NCBI GenBank assembly: GCA_964452145.1
Contig: CAYVLA010000073.1
Span: 1 to 16,183, forward strand
Direction of reading: 5' to 3'
From: Candidatus Hadarchaeota archaeon
GTDB taxonomy: Archaea; CAYQAE01; CAYVLA01
Length of the DNA: 16,183 nucleotides
How positions within the stretch are numbered: the first letter of the stretch is position 1; every line of letters starts with the position of its first letter. The position numbers and the translations under genes were made by a program. Under the pieces are notes generated by a model. It saw nothing but the letters and a program-made list of their open reading frames with translations, searched no databases and was not told the DNA's origin. This document shows positions 14,541 through 16,183 of the stretch, one piece after another.

Positions 14541-14576
14541 CTAAGGGTCTCCTTGCTCGTCGGCCTTCGTAGGAGA

Positions 14577-14585
14577 GATAATAAG
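14577..14585 (-). promoter_or_regulatory. TATA-like box of lysC
   Basis: The minus strand reads CTTATTATC, 37 nt upstream of the GTG. Confidence 0.5.
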
Positions 14586-14631
14586 TATTCCCTCGCCGCC
14601 TGCTCGGCCCACTTGTCGGCTCCAGGTCGGC

Positions 14632-15291
14632 TCATTCGACAAACTTGTAGGATGGATCCTTTAGCTTGTTGAGGGCCGCGACGTTGCGCCGAAGAGGGGC
14701 CATCATCTCCCCAAGGTACGCAAGGTCCAGGTCACCGCCCCAGAGTGGCTTGAGGTATCTGATATCCCGAATCAGATCGAAGACTTTCTTCCTCGCCGAA
14801 GCGGAGTCGGCGAAGACTGGCACGTCGAAGTTCAGGGCCCTGTTGACGTCGAGAAGCTTGGATGCCGGGATGCTCTGGAAGGCCGAAACCACGTCTACTC
14901 CGCTCGGAAGGAGACCGGCTAGCTGTGCTGCGGCCGATCCCTCCTTGGGCCTGATATAGGCAAATCTGTCTGCGCTCTGCATCATCGGGCTCAGCGGCGA
15001 TATGACAAGCTGCTTCCTGAAACCGCCTATCAGCTGCCGGATCACGCCCATGGCCTGCTCATATCCGATGCAGAGCACGACGATCTCCGACTCCTCGATG
15101 GCATGGTAGTTCTCCCGGGGGGATACGTTGCTTCTCGCCTTTGCATCCGGGATCATGGACCTTACCTTGTCGCAAGCTGAGCTTGCTCGATCATAGCTAC
15201 GTGAACCAAGGAGGATCTCGTGAAACCCCGCCCAGCGCGCAGCCAGCCCAGTGCCGAGTGAGCCTGTTCCCCCCAGTAGCGCGATCTTCAT
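14632..15291 (-). CDS. npdG: NADPH-dependent F420 reductase (F420H2:NADP+ oxidoreductase)
   Basis: The real start is ATG 15291 (MKIALLGGTGSLGTGLAARW), with GAGGT upstream. Motifs LGSR, EGSAA and VVSAFQSIPA. 219 aa. Confidence 0.88.
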   Translation of the reverse strand: MKIALLGGTGSLGTGLAARWAGFHEILLGSRSYDRASSACDKVRSMIPDAKARSNVSPRENYHAIEESEIVVLCIGYEQAMGVIRQLIGGFRKQLVISPLSPMMQSADRFAYIRPKEGSAAAQLAGLLPSGVDVVSAFQSIPASKLLDVNRALNFDVPVFADSASARKKVFDLIRDIRYLKPLWGGDLDLAYLGEMMAPLRRNVAALNKLKDPSYKFVE

Positions 15292-15296
15292 GCCCG

Positions 15297-15839
15297 CTAC
15301 CTCTCCGACAAATTCGCTGCGCCCGGCGACGGAGAGCGAGCCGATGGCAAATAGGCCTGCAGGAACCTCTTGCCCGAGCCGGTCGGAATGTAGACCGTGC
15401 CCCTGCCCCTCTTTCCCACTTCGCGGAGGAGCCCCTGCGACAGGAGTACCTCTATCAACCGATCCAGCCCGTCGCGGCGAAATCCCTGGCCCACTCCCGC
15501 AATTCTGATCAGGGAGTTCTTCGTGAATTCCCGGCCCTCGCCGGCGCACTTCGACAGCGCCCTCAGGATCCTGAACAGCCTGTATCTGGAGAAGAGACGG
15601 AGGATCTCCCTGATCGTCATGCTCTCCGCAAGGGTCTCGTGCCCTGCGTCAATCTCACGAAGTCGAGACTCGATGCTGTCAAGCCGCCTGCTCATGCCGG
15701 CCTCAAGGTACCGGGCAATCTCGGACGCGAAGAATGCCAGCACGAGTCGATTCTCCTCCGTCAAGATACCCATGGGGTCCTGCAGCCCCTCGGAGAGAAG
15801 GCCCTGTTCACTGCCCACCTTGCCTGCCTTGTCAGTCAC
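15297..15839 (-). CDS. Hypothetical protein with a coiled coil and a winged-helix-like DNA-binding domain
   Basis: A heptad segment (RRLDSIESRLREID) precedes FRILRAL...FTKNSLIRIAGV...LDRLIEVLLSQGLLREVGKRGRGTVYIPT, a helix-helix-wing pattern. It ends 5 nt before npdG. Confidence 0.65.
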   Translation of the reverse strand: MTDKAGKVGSEQGLLSEGLQDPMGILTEENRLVLAFFASEIARYLEAGMSRRLDSIESRLREIDAGHETLAESMTIREILRLFSRYRLFRILRALSKCAGEGREFTKNSLIRIAGVGQGFRRDGLDRLIEVLLSQGLLREVGKRGRGTVYIPTGSGKRFLQAYLPSARSPSPGAANLSER

Positions 15840-15859
15840 CGACGCAACCCTAAAGCATA

Positions 15860-15887
15860 CTTTTAAACAACGAGATAAATCTTTTGC
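15860..15887. promoter_or_regulatory. Overlapping divergent promoters (endA and the wHTH gene)
   Basis: Plus-strand TTTTAAA at 15861-15867 starts 33 nt before the endA ATG. Minus-strand GCAAAA-GA-TTTATC lies at 15887-15874. Confidence 0.5.
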
Positions 15888-15893
15888 GCGGAA

Positions 15894-16183
15894 ATGACTC
15901 AGGAGTGCGAGAAGGGCGAGCCCGAGAACGTGTTGCTGCGAGTCGATGGAAAGGTCATGATTCCCCGCGGATCAGCTGCTTCCCTTCTCGCGGAGAAGCA
16001 CTTCGGGGACAAGGAAGGCATCCTGTCGCCCATCGAGGTTCTCTACCTGGTCGAGCGCCGCAACTTCAGGCTGCTTGACTCCGGGCGTGAGGTCGACTTT
16101 GGATCCCTGCTTCTGGAGGAGGTTCGGAAAGACCCCAGGATGCTGGCCCGCTATTTCGTCTACAGGGACTGGAGGGACAGGGG
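15894..16183 (+). CDS. endA: tRNA-intron lyase (tRNA-splicing endonuclease), 5' part
   Basis: Not in the ORF track. Manual translation from ATG 15894 gives MTQECEKGEPENVLLRVDGKVMIPRGSAASLLAEKHFGDKEGILSPIEVLYLVERRNFRLLDSGREVDFGSLLLEEVRKDPRMLARYFVYRDWRDR. This matches the EndA motifs LSxxEALYL and YxVYxDLRxRG, and the frame is open to the window end. Confidence 0.88.
   Translation, partial: MTQECEKGEPENVLLRVDGKVMIPRGSAASLLAEKHFGDKEGILSPIEVLYLVERRNFRLLDSGREVDFGSLLLEEVRKDPRMLARYFVYRDWRDR

Noticed and set aside
15292..15549. 86-aa N-terminal extension of npdG in the ORF track
   Set aside because: It overlaps the upstream wHTH gene. The Rossmann motif begins at ATG 15291, which has its own Shine-Dalgarno.
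15884..16078. 64-aa ORF in the track
   Set aside because: It is in the wrong frame; the frame from ATG 15894 encodes the EndA motifs.

Overview
Archaeal chromosomal segment, judged from a CDC48, a tRNA-splicing endonuclease, an archaeal Hsp20, an F420 reductase and BRE/TATA promoters; the lineage cannot be fixed from this window. The left ~3.6 kb looks accessory. It holds predicted secreted or surface proteins (a partial gene at the window edge, a truncated WD40-like ORF, an 8-repeat DxDxDG beta-propeller and a Ser/Gly/Tyr-rich secreted protein). Two of these transcription units carry the same 25-bp palindrome (GATRTTCACG-N5-CGTGAACRTC) at an identical position against BRE/TATA, suggesting a shared regulon. 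The rest is mostly housekeeping: an NrdG-like radical SAM activase, a DUF61-like protein, a GH42-like glycoside hydrolase, an EamA transporter, a heat-shock cluster (hsp20, Phr/HSR1-like regulator, cdc48) with a visible operator, a membrane-anchored GATase1-like protein, aspartate kinase, NADPH:F420 reductase, a winged-helix protein and the 5' part of endA. I found no CRISPR array, tRNA, rRNA or transposase. All family calls come from motif recognition by eye, not database searches.
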